From positions 90,894,001 through 90,958,000 of the forward strand of contig NC_087472.1 of the NCBI RefSeq assembly GCF_036321535.1: a stretch of DNA of 64,000 nucleotides, in the 5' to 3' direction. Position numbers and translations under genes: made by a program. Every line of letters begins with the position of its first letter. Position 1 is the first letter of the stretch. Below the pieces are notes generated by a model. The model was given only the letters and a program-made list of their open reading frames with translations, searched no databases and was not told where the DNA came from. Source of the DNA: Camelus dromedarius. Lineage: Eukaryota. Below are positions 26,001 through 38,362 of the stretch, piece by piece.

Positions 26001-29000
26001 TTTAAGTAAAAGGCCATTTGGAGGAAACAGTAGATTTGGATCCGCACTTCAGGAGTGGGTTAGTAAACCCCTCCATGGAGAAATCCTGGGATGAGAAGGG
26101 CGACAAGTGACAGACACCTGAGATGAACAATAAAATCTGAAACTAATGAGCCTGTGTTTGAAGAGGCAGAGAGAGCATTCTCTCTAATCAGGCAAGTGGC
26201 ATCAAAAATTCTGTATATGGTCTTGCTGTCCTTTTTCTTTTTCTATGAGAGTTTGACCATTGTTTTGATTTGCTACTTCAGAAGAGTACAAGTCCAGATG
26301 TCAGAATGTCAGGAGCGCTAGAACTTCAAAGCCCCTGGTGGTGCCGGCACAAGTGTTTTAGAGCAACATCAAAGAAATGCAGGGCTTACACACTCCCGCC
26401 CAGAGAAAGAGCATGAGACTCAGCTCTGGTGCTTTTTGCCTCTCTTAAAAAAACCATTCACCATTTTTGTCAGACATTTGGAAGAAGGAAGTTTATCAGC
26501 AAGCCCTGAAGTTTAAAAGATGCCAGTGTACCTTATCCAGCCAGTCATTCCTAGGGAACACATGTGTGTCAGAATCAAGGAACAACGGTGAGGTTATATG
26601 CAGCATGGCATTTCCCCACTGGACTGTTCAACTAACAAAACACGACCACCCTTCCCAGACCTCCACATTTCTATGGCAGATGTGAAGAGGGGTCCCCTGG
26701 AAATTCCCCAACCTCTAAAACTGACAGCCTCACCATCACTGTCTGCCTTGCATTCCCAGGGTTGAATCTCAAATTGTCTTTGATCTCTGCTGATGTTCAT
26801 GACCACAAGAACTACTCCCGCCCCCGTTTCCCAGGGCATGACTCATCCTTCATACTCTAATCCTCAAAAGGCTGTGCACTTTTCCTTTCTGTCCCCTTCT
26901 CTTACCCTTCCCCAGCTTTGGAAATCTTTCCCTTGTGCTTTTTGGAACTCATGGATCATTATCAGCACCATCTCTGTGTTCTCAACTTCTTTCCTGAACA
27001 CTTTCTGCATCTTCTTGCTCCAACTGCAATCTGGAATCCCCCCAAGGACACTGCTGCCAGAGCAGCCCTCTCAAGTCCTGGTCATGTTCTCCCCACACAC
27101 AGCACTACCGAGCCTGAGAGTAAGATGTCTTTCTTCCTTGTTGACACTTTCAGGCCATCCTTTCTTCTGTCCCTCCTCCCTCAAATCACCTCATTCAGAA
27201 TTTAATGACATCACATTATGCCCCCTACTACTGCCCCTTGTTACAGTTACCCAGGGACCCCTCCCGCCACATTGCTGGATTATTTTAGCTCCTGGCTGAT
27301 GGCAATCTTCTCCAGCGTCAGCCCTGTCCTAATTCCTGATGAAACCACTATCCACATAGATAATCCTTCCACAACCTGGCCTCTTTATTTTTTCTCCTCC
27401 CCCGATCTGGTCCTCCAATCTATTCAGCCTCTCATTGCTGTTAAGTCAGACTACAGACCTGTCATCTATGAAAACTGTTTTCCTTCCATCATCTCTAATT
27501 CACATATCAGACTCTGACCACAACCTCCTCTTTTTCTAATTCATCCTCCCTGCTGTCCTGATGCCAAAAATCCTTTAATCCCTCTGAGAAATCCAATCAA
27601 TTGGTCCAACAACATTTTCACTGCATTTCAGCTGGTTGGTCTCCTCTATTTTCTGAGGTGAAATCCCATGGTAAACAATGATAATCATTCCCTTGTATGC
27701 TTTTCCACTTTACCTGACCCTCTGACTTTGTTGTATTTGCTTGGCAAAAATTCTTCAGCTGACTAAATCCATTTCTCCTCTACACCACACCAGCAACCGT
27801 GCAACTGAATGTGGCTAGAGAAAGACCCAACTATACTGACCGAGCGCACTTAAACTTAACGACTGTAACTCTTAAGTGGGCCCTTAGTAATGCCCGCAAT
27901 CATACTGTATTTCCCCATTCTTCTTTCTCGCCTACTCTCTCTGTCCATCATTTGTACATCCTCCTCTGTATCTAGCAGCCATTGCTACGTATCAAGCCAT
28001 CCCAATAAATAGTGGCTTAAATCCATAAATACTTTATTTGCTCATGATTTTGTGGGTCAGCAATCTGGGTTGGCATCAGTTGGGTAGTTCTTCTGCTGGA
28101 CTTGCTTGGTGTTGCTCATGTGGCTGTGTTCATCTGGTGACTTGAATGGGGCTGACTAGTCTAAGATGGCAGTTGGTGCTTGCTACTGGATGAGCTACAT
28201 GTCTCCAGCAGGCTAGTTCGAGCTTCTTCAAGTGGTGGTGAGAGAATTCCCAGGAACGAGCATTTTTTAAGCCACTATATGCATCGTATTTGCCAATGTC
28301 CTGTTAGCTAGAGAAAATCATGTAGCCAAGCCCAGAATCAATGTGGGAGAGGAAACGCAAGGGCCCAATGTGCTAGGAGTTATTACTTTACAGTCTACTA
28401 CTTCCTCCAGCCTCTAACTACTCGCACGTCCTCCCAGTCCTCACTCTCAACTGATAACCTTGCTTCCTATTTCACTGAATAGAAACTATAAAACCTCCAG
28501 ATTTCTGCCTACCACCATAACCTCCCATCCATGAGCATCTAGACACTTTTACTCTACCCTCTCCTCTGTTACTAGAACAACTCTCCATGCCTCTAAGGCT
28601 AACCCCTCCATTTTTGCCCTAGAGCCCATCCCTTCTTGTCCACTCAAGGCCCTTGCTTCTATTTCCCATCTGGAGTTAACTCATGCCATTGCAGTAGTCT
28701 GGTGGCTTGAATGGGCTGCAAAGTCTAAGATGGCCTCACCTTTTCTGCATCATCATTTTCTCTCTCTTTATTGGATCATTCTCTTCAGAATAAAACAATG
28801 ATATCTTTTATCTTACTCTAAAACAATCCCCTAATGACCCTCCAGTAGATGATCTATTACTGATCCATTTCTCTTTGCACATCTTCAAAAGTGCTCTCCA
28901 CACTCAGAGAGTCTTCATTTTCACTCCTCCCAAATTGTCTTAAACACATAGCTACCAGGCTTTCATATCTGTAACTCCACTGATGTTGTCACAGTCTCCA

Positions 29001-30456
29001 ACTTCCTCCACAGTGATAAATCCAAGAGTTAACTCTTAGCTTTCATCTTACTTGAATACTCTCCTAAGCTAACCTTCCAGATATTACACTCTCCAAGTTC
29101 TCTTTATATCTCTCTGGCCTTTCCTATCCCAGTCTCCGGCCCCTTGCTTTAGTGTTCCTCAATTCCTCTTCATCATCTCCCTGACAGCTTAGTGTTGGAA
29201 TGCCCCAAGGCTCCCTTCTTAAGGCTTTTCTCTCCCCTGTGTATGTGCACTCCTTTGGCAATCTCATCAATCTCATAGATATAAAATGCTCTCTGTGCTG
29301 ATGATTTCAAATTTGTACCTCCAGTCTAATCCTCTTCCCTGAAACCAGACCCATGTATACAAACACCTACTCAAATTCCTCATAGACATCTTATATTTAA
29401 TGTGCCACATAGAACTCCTCATATTTTCCCCGAAACGTTCTCTACCTGCAGTCTTCTCCATTTCAAATTAATGGCAATTTCCAGGACAAAATCCATGAAG
29501 TCATCTTTAATTACTTTCTTTCTTATATGCCCTACATCCAAATTATGAGTGCATCTTATCTAAAATATACCCAAATTCAGATCCCTTCTCACAACTTTCA
29601 TTGCTAGCATCCACATCCAACCTCCCACCCAGGTTATCACAGTAGACTCTTAACAGACCTCCGTGCTTCTGCCCTCGTACCTCAGGGTTTATTTTCAACA
29701 TAGCAACTAGACCAAGCTTTTTAAAACGTTAAGTTAAATCATGTCACTCCTCTGCTGCAGTGGTCCTCACGGCTCTTACAATCTGCCTGTCCCATCCCCT
29801 CCATCTTTTTTATTCTGCACTTACTTCCTACTACTCTCCTCCTTGTTCATTTGGCTCCAGTAACATTGCTCTGTTTATAAGGCCTAGAGTATCACAAGCA
29901 TACTCCCTTGTCAGGATTTTTGTATCTGGTTTCTTCTGTCTAGGACATTGTAGCGGTTAGTTTTTGCATGTGTAACAAACCAATTCAAAACATAACGGCT
30001 TAAAATAAAAATTATTATTTCTCATGGTTCTCTAGGTTGACTGGACCGTTCTTGTCTAAGCCCGCTTGACTGAAGCTATTTGGTCTAGGAAGGAGTTGGC
30101 AAGCTACAGGCTGCTGCCCAAACAGAACCTGCCACCTCTTTTCATAAATTAGGTTTGACTTGAGCACAGCCATACCTATATGTTTATGTATCATCTATGA
30201 CTGCTTTCATACTACAATAGCAGTGGCTTGACATCGATGGGTAAGTGGGGATTGCTTAACCACATGTTTCTCATCATCCATCAGGGTAGCTCAGGCTCAT
30301 TTACATATGGCAGTCACAAGATTTCCTGAGATCAGACAGCTAGGTCACACTTGATATTGTCCCATTTTCCAAAGCAGGTCATATGGCTAAGCCCAGAATC
30401 AGTCTGAAAGAGGCTACCCAAAGATGTGGCTATAAAGATAAGAATTCCTAGAGAAG

Positions 30457-30467
30457 CAAGATGGCGG
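30457..30467 (+). promoter_or_regulatory. YY1 site at L1 5' terminus (internal promoter)
   Basis: CAAGATGGCGG within ~10 nt of the element start, the canonical position in mammalian L1 promoters. Confidence 0.75.
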
Positions 30468-31561
30468 AGTAGAAGGATGCTTGTAGCTCACCCTCTCCCA
30501 CAAATACACCAAAACTCACATCTACGGACCCACTCAGCCAACCAGAGCACCTGCGGAACTCCAACAGAACATTGCCCTCTTTGAAAGACAAAGATGTCAA
30601 AAATCTGGTAGGAAAAAAAGAAGAAAAAGCAAAACAGTGCAGGACCAGTCCTGCGGGGAGGAAGCAGCAAAGAAGGAATAGCACTCGTTGGCTGGGTCTC
30701 CCCCCTCCAATGGAGAGGCCAGTGGGATGGAGGGGGAGCCTCCGAGGCTCAGATCTGCCCAGAGCACCCCTTGACCAACAGAACCAAGTTAAATGGGCAC
30801 AAAGGGTCCCTGCAACACCCAGCCCGAGACACGAGCCGGCAGCTGGGGGCTGGGACAGGCCACCCAAGCCGGGCAGAGGACTGGGGCGGCTGCACTGATG
30901 CAGCCCCAGGGAACTGCAGGGGGCTGCGCGTCATGGCTGGGAGGGGATACAGAGCAGAACAACCTCGGTCCCCCATAAATTGTGAAAAAAGCAAAGCAAC
31001 ACAGCTGGTGTGCCCTGGGGGGAGGGGCGCCGTAGCCTTTGTCTCCTCAGACCCGCAGCGCCATTACTGGCACTTCTTGCGAGAAGAGAGGCAGGGCGCA
31101 GCCACAGCCACCACCTCCTCCTGTGCGCAGCGCCCGGGCGGGGGCGGGGCCGAGCCCTGAATCCACACCCAGAGGCTCTGCAACCTCCTAGGCAGGACTG
31201 AGACTTGTTTACAGCCTGCGGTAGATAGGATCTTTCTGCCCTGGCACCTCAGAGAACTCGTGCCACCAAGACAAACAAGGAGCTGAGATTTGGCACGGAG
31301 CAGGGGTGGGGCCATTCTGCAGTCTTCCCCGAGCCCGCCTACCAAGCGCCAACCGGAAGCGGAGCAGGTAGCTGCCCAGAGCAGTGGAGCCACCGGCGCC
31401 GGGAGAGGGCGGGCGGCCACTCACCTTCCTGGCAGGAACGCAGCACCTGACCACGGTGCTGGAAGGGGGCGTGATCCACCCACCTGCCTTGCCCAAGTGC
31501 AGCATCTGACTGCGGCATCGGGAGGGGGAGTGACACGTCCGCCCACCAGTGCCAGAGAGAT

Positions 31562-32451
31562 ATGAGCAATATGAAGAAGCAGAGGAACCACTCCCAATTA
31601 AAAGATCAAGAGAAATCCCCTGAAAGTACGATCAAGGAAATAGACACTGATGTCCTACTAGATCAAGATTTCAAAAAGGAGTGATCAAAGTACTGAAGGA
31701 ACTGAAAGAAATAGTGTTTAGAGATATAAAATATGTCAAAAATGAAATAGAAGCTATAAAGAAGAGCCAAATAGAATTGGCTGAGATGAGAGCTGACCTA
31801 AAGGCTGTACAAAGCAGGCTAGATAATGCAGAGGAACGAATAAGTGACCTAGAAGATAGGACACCAGAAAGCACCCAATCAGAACAGCTGAGAGAAAAAC
31901 AAATAAAAAACAATGAAAACAATATAAGGGACCTATGGGATAATATAAAGCATGCCAATCTACGCATATTAGGGGTTCCAGAAGGAGAAGAAAGAACAAA
32001 GGGGATTGAAAAGGTATTTGAAGAAATCATGACTGAAAACTTCCCAAACCTAAAGAAGGAATCAGATATCCAAGTACAGGAGTCTCAGAGGGTCCCAAAC
32101 AGGAAGAACCCAAACAGACCCACACCAAGATGTATCATAATCAAGATGGCCAGAGTCAAGGATAAAGAAATGATCCTAAAGGCAGCAAGAGAAAAGCAAA
32201 GAGTGAGTTACAAGGGAACCCCCATAAGGCTCTCAGCTGATTTCTCTACACAAACACTACAGGCCAGAAGGGAGTGGCAAAATATATTCAAAGTCCTGAA
32301 TGAAAAAAAGATGCAGCCTAGGATACTCTATCCAGCAAGGCTATCCTTTAGAATAGAAGGAGAGATAAAGAACTTCACAGACAAGCAAAAGCTAAAAGAG
32401 TTTAGCAACACTAAACCCATGCTAAAAGAAATATTCACAGGTCTACTCTAA
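31562..32451 (+). pseudogene. L1 ORF1p (coiled coil-RRM-CTD), ~296 aa if one frameshift is repaired
   Basis: ATG at 31562 reads MSNMKKQRNHSQLKDQEKSPE...FKKE* and stops at 31682-31684. One extra A in the A5 run at 31673-31677 joins it to the 256-aa frame. That frame contains ORF1p motifs NLRILGVPE, REKQRVSYKG, ARREW and YPARLSF. Confidence 0.88.
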
Positions 32452-34648
32452 ATAGAAAAGAAGCAGGATGCTACAAAAATGAGAAACTCATAACTGGAAA
32501 GGTGATAACTACCATGAATTACAAATAGAATAAACACAAAATTGAAAAAGAAGACAGCTAAATCATTAAGAGTGGGAGAGGGAAGCAAGAAAAGTCACTG
32601 TGGAAAACAGTATGAAGATTCCTCAAAAGACTAGGAATAGACTTACCATATGACCCAGGAATCCCACTCCTGGGCATATATCCAAGAAGGAACCCTACTT
32701 CAGGATGACACCTGCACCCCAGTGTTCATAGCAGCACTATTTACAATAGCCAAGACATGGAGACAGCCTAAATGTCCATCAACAGATGACTGGATAAAGA
32801 AGAGGTGGTATATTTTTACAATGGAATACTACTCAGTCATAAAAACCGACAACATAATACCATTTGCCGCAACATGGATGCTCCTGGAGAATGTCATTCT
32901 AAGTGAAGTAAGCCAGAAAGAGAAAGAAAAATACCATATGAGATCACTCACATGTGGAATCTAAAATAAAAAAAAAAAGAACATACATACAAAACAGACT
33001 CATAGACATAGAATACAAACTTGTGGTTGCCAAGGGGGCAGGGGGTGGGAGGGGACAGACTGGGATTTTAAAATATAGAATAGATAAACAAGATTATACT
33101 GTATAGCACAGGAAAATATATACAAGATCTTATGGTAGCTCACAGAAAAAAAAAAGGTGACAATGAATATATGTATGTTCATGTATAACTGAAAAAGTGT
33201 GCTCTACACTGGAAATTGACACAACATTGTAAAATGACTGTAACTCAATAAAAAAAATTTTTAAAGAAAAAAAGAAAAGAAAAAGAACTCCTGTGGTCAT
33301 CTTTGCAAACAACGTACCATAAACATTATTCCTCCTTCATGACTTGTTGCCTCACCTCCTACAACTCTCCGCCCAAGTAACACTTTTTTAGTGAGCCTTC
33401 CTTGATGAGCTTCCTCTCCCTACTCCCTATGCGTCTTTCCTGCCTCATTTCCCTCTGTAACATCTATCACTTTCTTACCTTATTTTGTTCACTGCCTAAT
33501 ACTTCTAGAATATAAAATCCATAAGAACAGGGATTTTTGTTTGTTTTGTCTACTGTTTTACCTCAAGTGCCTAGAACGTTGCCTAGGAACGTAGGAAATT
33601 GAAACACATTTCTGAATGAATGGATGGATGATCTGATGCTGTTTAGGATTTGAAGCAGGAGCACACCTTGCTAGTCATAACAGCGCTACTGATGTTTGGG
33701 TCTAGAATCCACCAGTTATCCTTCTTGGTGTAACACTACTAATGTTATGATAGAATAATATATATTAAGTGCTTAGAAAATACCAAGAATTTAAGAAGAG
33801 AATTACTAATGCTTTGCTTTTTATACCTTAGTTAAGTTTGGTCTTAACTCACTCAATAGGTAGCAGCCACCAGTGACTATATTTAATCCTCTTAAATGGA
33901 CCAGGACACTGCAATGATCTATTTTGGCATAGTAATGTCTTAGAGGAGGGGCTATTTCTAAAACAATGCTCTGATCACATTGAACATATCCTTACCCACT
34001 ATCTTGAATTTTTTTTTCTGCCTGCACAATAAAGTCCTGCCAAATTAGTACCCATTTTGCTTTTCAGGCATTATGCATTCTTTATAGGTTTAGCTAGGTC
34101 TTAAAGAAAGGGCACGACTGAGAATAGGGTGACATGAGGGGTGGGGGAATTGAGACAGGGACCAGAATGTGAGGTCTTTTCAGAAACAAGTTGTGGAGCA
34201 ATTTGCCTGGGATAGAGGAGCCATATGACGCAACATAATATAGCAGAAGTATGGCAAATGCATGGGGAGTGCCATGTTTTGAATTATCATAAAACAAGAG
34301 CAAGCCCTAGGCCCACCATATGTCCAAAAGAATATATGAAACCAGACAAAGTCTGACAACGTGATGAGCTTTTCTTATGCCTTTTGGTTCTTGTACTTAC
34401 TCCTCTTACTGAATTACATATATTTTCTTTTCCATTCTAAATTCTGTATAAATTTAAGATACTGAAACCAGTGAGCCGATAGATTTTTCTAATTTTTAAT
34501 AGTTTCATCAAGAGCAGAATTCTGGTTTGTTAAATTCTTGATCTGCTATTATGTCTCTCTCTCACACAACTTCCTCAGTGGTTATTTATACCTCATCTAC
34601 AGCTCCCAGACGGTAAACTGAAAGGTCCTAAAACTTATGGAAGAAGTT

Positions 34649-34672
34649 GAGAGAGAGAGAGAGAGAGAGAGA
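34649..34672. repeat. (GA)12 microsatellite
   Basis: Direct reading. Confidence 0.95.
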
Positions 34673-34959
34673 GCTCTGTATCTTGTGAAACAGACAAGGT
34701 CATTGCTTAGTCAACCTTTCTTACAAAAGAGTTCTATGGTAACAGCCAAATTAGAGCCCTGGTAAACCGCAACTGATGATGGGCTCTGTTGATGGGTGCC
34801 CTTGGCTAGACCCGAAAGTGATGTCCTGGGAAATGGCTGCACTTCTGCTCAGTAAGCCAAAGATGTATCCATTAAAGGCTGAGGTAGGGGAGGATAGGAC
34901 AGAGAGTAAGAAAAGAGAAAAGGTGCTGGAAAAGAAGCAAGACATATGAGAGGAAACCT

Positions 34960-35430
34960 GGCAGTTCAACTACAAGGTTTTAATTTTATGTGAAAAGCAA
35001 TGAAATGTCACTGATGATTTTTTTCTGAGTGATCAGATTTTCCATTCAGAACATAGACAAATGTGGAGGATGAATAAAGCATCTGAGCACAGATGAGGCT
35101 AGAGGCCTGAGAGCTATTCGTGGACTGCTGTAGAAAATCTGGAGAGAAGTGGTGAAGGCTCAGCTAAGACAGAGCAGCAAAGAAGAAAGGAGAGAGTGAT
35201 GTTGAGAGATACTGAGAACTAGAAATTATAGTTCTTGGTGACCAGATGGGCAGCAAAGGCGAGAAAAGAATTTTGAAGGGCAATGTTTGGATTTCTAGCT
35301 TTGGGCATTTGGGTAGAGAGTGACATCATTGTCAGAGAAGGGGAACACAAGAGGAGAAATGGGAACTTTGGAAGAAAGTAGGGTCTCTTCCCAAGTTCAA
35401 GATGCCATGGAACATGTAGCTAGAGGTGGA
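34960..35430 (-). mobile_element. L2 fragment
   Basis: Purine-rich antisense L2-like motifs (TTTCTAGCTTTGGGCATTTGGGTAGAGAGTGACATCATT). Confidence 0.5.
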
Positions 35431-37739
35431 AATGAAATGAAATGTGGCAATTACATAGTTAGACTACACAGAATTAAAAGTGAAGCGTAAACTTTCCCAC
35501 ACCGAATTCCCTTCTGCCTTCATATATCCTGGCTCCTTTCTTGTAGAAAAAGCCTCCATCTGAATGATAGGAAGGTAAAGAGAGAAGGCCTCATGGATGG
35601 TGTGGAAGGTGGGTGGGAACCGGAGGAAAGGCAGGAATTTGAATAGGTCAAGGGGAAAAGAAAAGGCAATTCAGGGAGGGAACAAAGAACAAAAGTAGGA
35701 TACTATTACCAAGCAAGACAAGAGCAGAGGGTTCAAAAGGGGAAAACAAGCATTACCAAGAGGATGGTGCTGGATTTCCTCAAGAATTTATTCTCTGGCT
35801 GGATGCTGGGGTGTTTACAGACTTTAAGCCACCAGCAATAAGAAGCCCTGGTAGGTGTTTGAACAGAGGAGGAATGTTACAAGATTCATATTTTTAGAAA
35901 TATGGTCTGGAAACCAGCATCCAAGAGGAAAAGTAAGCATAAGTGGAGGCAGAGAGCTGCTGAACAGGTGATTAGATCTTCCAGTCCCTCCAGTGCTTTG
36001 TAAGGGGGAGAAGAGCTTCCAGGGATACTGCAGGGACAACTCTCCCCTGTTAGGAATATGGTAGCACTTGGGCGACTGGGATTGAGAAAAGTCATGCTAT
36101 GCGTTCCTTCAAAGGGACCTAGCCATTGCCTTCTTGAAGAAGCAGGGAAAGAGCCCTGAGTATTTTTTCCTTTAGAGAACTACAGAGGCAAATAAAAATA
36201 AAGCTTGCAGTAATGACTATTTTTTACCCAATTACACATGCATTACTAAGTGTCACAAATCCCATGAGCTGGAAGGTGTGATTTTCTGAGTCGGCTGCTG
36301 AGTTGAGATGAGAGGAATTGCTCAGTGTTGATAACACTGTTGGATGTTGCTAATGTAATTAAAGTTTCCCAGACTGGTCTCAAAAATTGAGGTTCTTCTA
36401 TTTTCTATTTTCATTTCCATTTGGAGGAGATAATAATAAAAATGTACAAACTTGCTTGGTTCGACTTTACACCCAGTTTTCATGACATTTTTATTGTGTC
36501 TTATCCTGCATGGATTGATTTTTTTTTTCAACCTGTCTTTGAAAATGTCACTTACACAGAAAGATTGAGTGGACTTATAATTTGTTTAGTCTTGCAAAAT
36601 GATGCTTATAAGTGGGCCATGATAATTCAGTAAATATATCATGTGAAGGGAGATGGTATGAACAACTGAAAGAATTATTCACAGTGTATGGGAAACAAAA
36701 ATGGATAAAAGGAAGGGAGCTAACAAATAGGACTGAGATGTTAGAATAAAGATGAATGTAAGGCATTCTTATTCGTTGTCCCATTAACACACAATGTGAA
36801 TTTAGAGAATTTCTTTGTGTCATTACGGCTTTGTTGCTGCTGCTGTAGTTAATGATATACAGAAGTGGCCCAACATAACTAATGTAAATTTCTCCTCCAT
36901 GCTTCTTTAAGCATCATAGACACTTGAGCTTAACTGAATTTCTGCTTCAGAGAATCATAAAGTACCATTATAAGATTTAATACGTTTCCCATTTTCTTGT
37001 CCTTTTCCACTGTCTCTCTTCTAACACAACTTCCACATTTGGTCCACTTTTAAAACAATCTTCAGCTTCCTAATTCATTATCATTATGTGTGCTGCAACT
37101 GCTGATAACCATAGATGAACCAAGTTTTAAAATACTTTGTAAAGGAATGATAAATGATCAGAGAAGTGACTGGTTTTTGTGTTGTTTTTGTTTTATGGAA
37201 AGATTCTTTAACTTCTATAGTGCTTTACAATTTTCAAAAGTTTCACACACATGATTCCATATAATCCCATAATAACCACTTTTTTGCCCCTCCCCGCTTC
37301 CCTCTCTCCACTGGTAACCAGCCGCTAGTTTGTTCTCTGTATCTGTGAGTCTGGAGAAGAAACTGTTTTAAATGGCATTTTTAGGCATGTAAAATTCATG
37401 AATAATCTGAGATGCTATAAGCAGGTACAATGTATTCAGCATCTGCAAAGTGCTCTCATGTATAACAGCTCATGGGAACCTGTCACTTAACATTTGAATC
37501 AAGCCATAGCACAGCATGGTCAAAGAGGCTAAGTTAAGAAAAAATGGCAACTATGTGGTCTTAAATATCAGACCTCTTTTTTTCCCTCCTTAGATCACCT
37601 TAAGGTACCAATGTTCCATGGAATGGACCTTGGAAGCATGGGGAAGAGGAACTTTAGAATAAGTTCTTGCTCAGATCTTTTCTTTTAGGGGAAAACAACC
37701 AACTAACATAAGTACTGTTTTCCAATTATGCACTGCACA

Positions 37740-37955
37740 GGGAGGTGAGGCAGTATAGAATGTGGAGTCAGACTTCCTGGGTTCAGAGCCACCTGCTAGC
37801 TGGGTGACCTCAGAAAAGTTAATAAACTGCTCTGTGCCTCAGTAGCCTTATCTGTAAAGTGGGAATAACAGTCTTACCTCACAGGGCTGTTGTATATATG
37901 AAACGCTTTACATGCAGAGGGCAGTGTAAAAACTCAATGAAGGTTAAAAAATAAT
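37740..37955 (+). mobile_element. MIR SINE
   Basis: MIR core: CTCTGTGCCTCAGTAGCCTTATCTGTAAAGTGGGAATAA...ACCTCACAGGGCTGTTG. Confidence 0.8.
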
Positions 37956-38362
37956 GATAGAGAAGAGCTTGACACCTAGTATTTTATCTTTTGCATAAAA
38001 ATAACATATGGACTATCATAAACTTAAGTAGTTCCATAGTTCCAATTATAGTGAATGGACACCTCTGGTTTCTACCCAACAATAAGAAATTCATTATTAA
38101 CACTTTAACTTAAAACCCTCTATAGTCTTCTTGAAACTAAGTTAATTTATGAAAGTTCTTCACATACAAATGAAAACCAGGTTATTGGCTCTTGCTAGAC
38201 AGCTTATGTACTGAAAAGCAACTCTCTAAAACCAGTGACAGCAAACATGTTCTTAAGGCAAGTGAGCCTTCTTGGTGACATCACACTCTCCGGATATCTA
38301 TGGTGGAGACAGATCCAGAGTACTGTATCCAGCTCTAGAGGCTCAGTTTTACGGCAGCCACT

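Larger units (their letters stand above)
30450..33282 (+). mobile_element. Internally deleted LINE-1 (5'UTR + ORF1 + ORF2 C-terminal stub + 3'UTR + A-tail); half-L1-like
   Basis: Starts with an L1 5' end carrying a YY1 motif, then a CpG-rich 5'UTR and ORF1. At 32594/32595 it jumps to the last ~370 nt of ORF2, followed by the 3'UTR and an A-rich tail. TSD is AAGAATTCCT (30440-30449) / AAGAACTCCT (33283-33292). Confidence 0.9.
26700..33630 (+). mobile_element. Long LINE-2 relic interrupted by MLT1 LTRs (~27966-28400; ~29950-30449 + 33293-33320), a MER58-like piece (~30093-30225) and the half-L1
   Basis: Long C/T-rich L2 body, L2 3' motifs (TAAATCATGTCACTCCTCTGCT; AGTGCCTAGAAC) and terminal GAATGAATGGATGGATG at 33614-33630. 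Confidence 0.7.

Noticed and set aside
26793..27517. 168-aa and neighbouring ORFs
   Set aside because: Pyrimidine-rich decayed L2 sequence with no conserved domain left intact.
28665..28740. Short near-duplicate of 28100-28170
   Set aside because: Both are diverged MLT1 LTR pieces, not a functional repeat.
30448..31569. Numerous 60-139 aa ORFs on both strands, or a host CpG-island gene
   Set aside because: They lie in the GC-rich L1 5'UTR, mostly have non-ATG starts and show no protein homology; there is no evidence for an ORF0 equivalent.
32650..32964. 104-aa ORF as an independent gene
   Set aside because: It is the frameshifted C-terminal stub of L1 ORF2.
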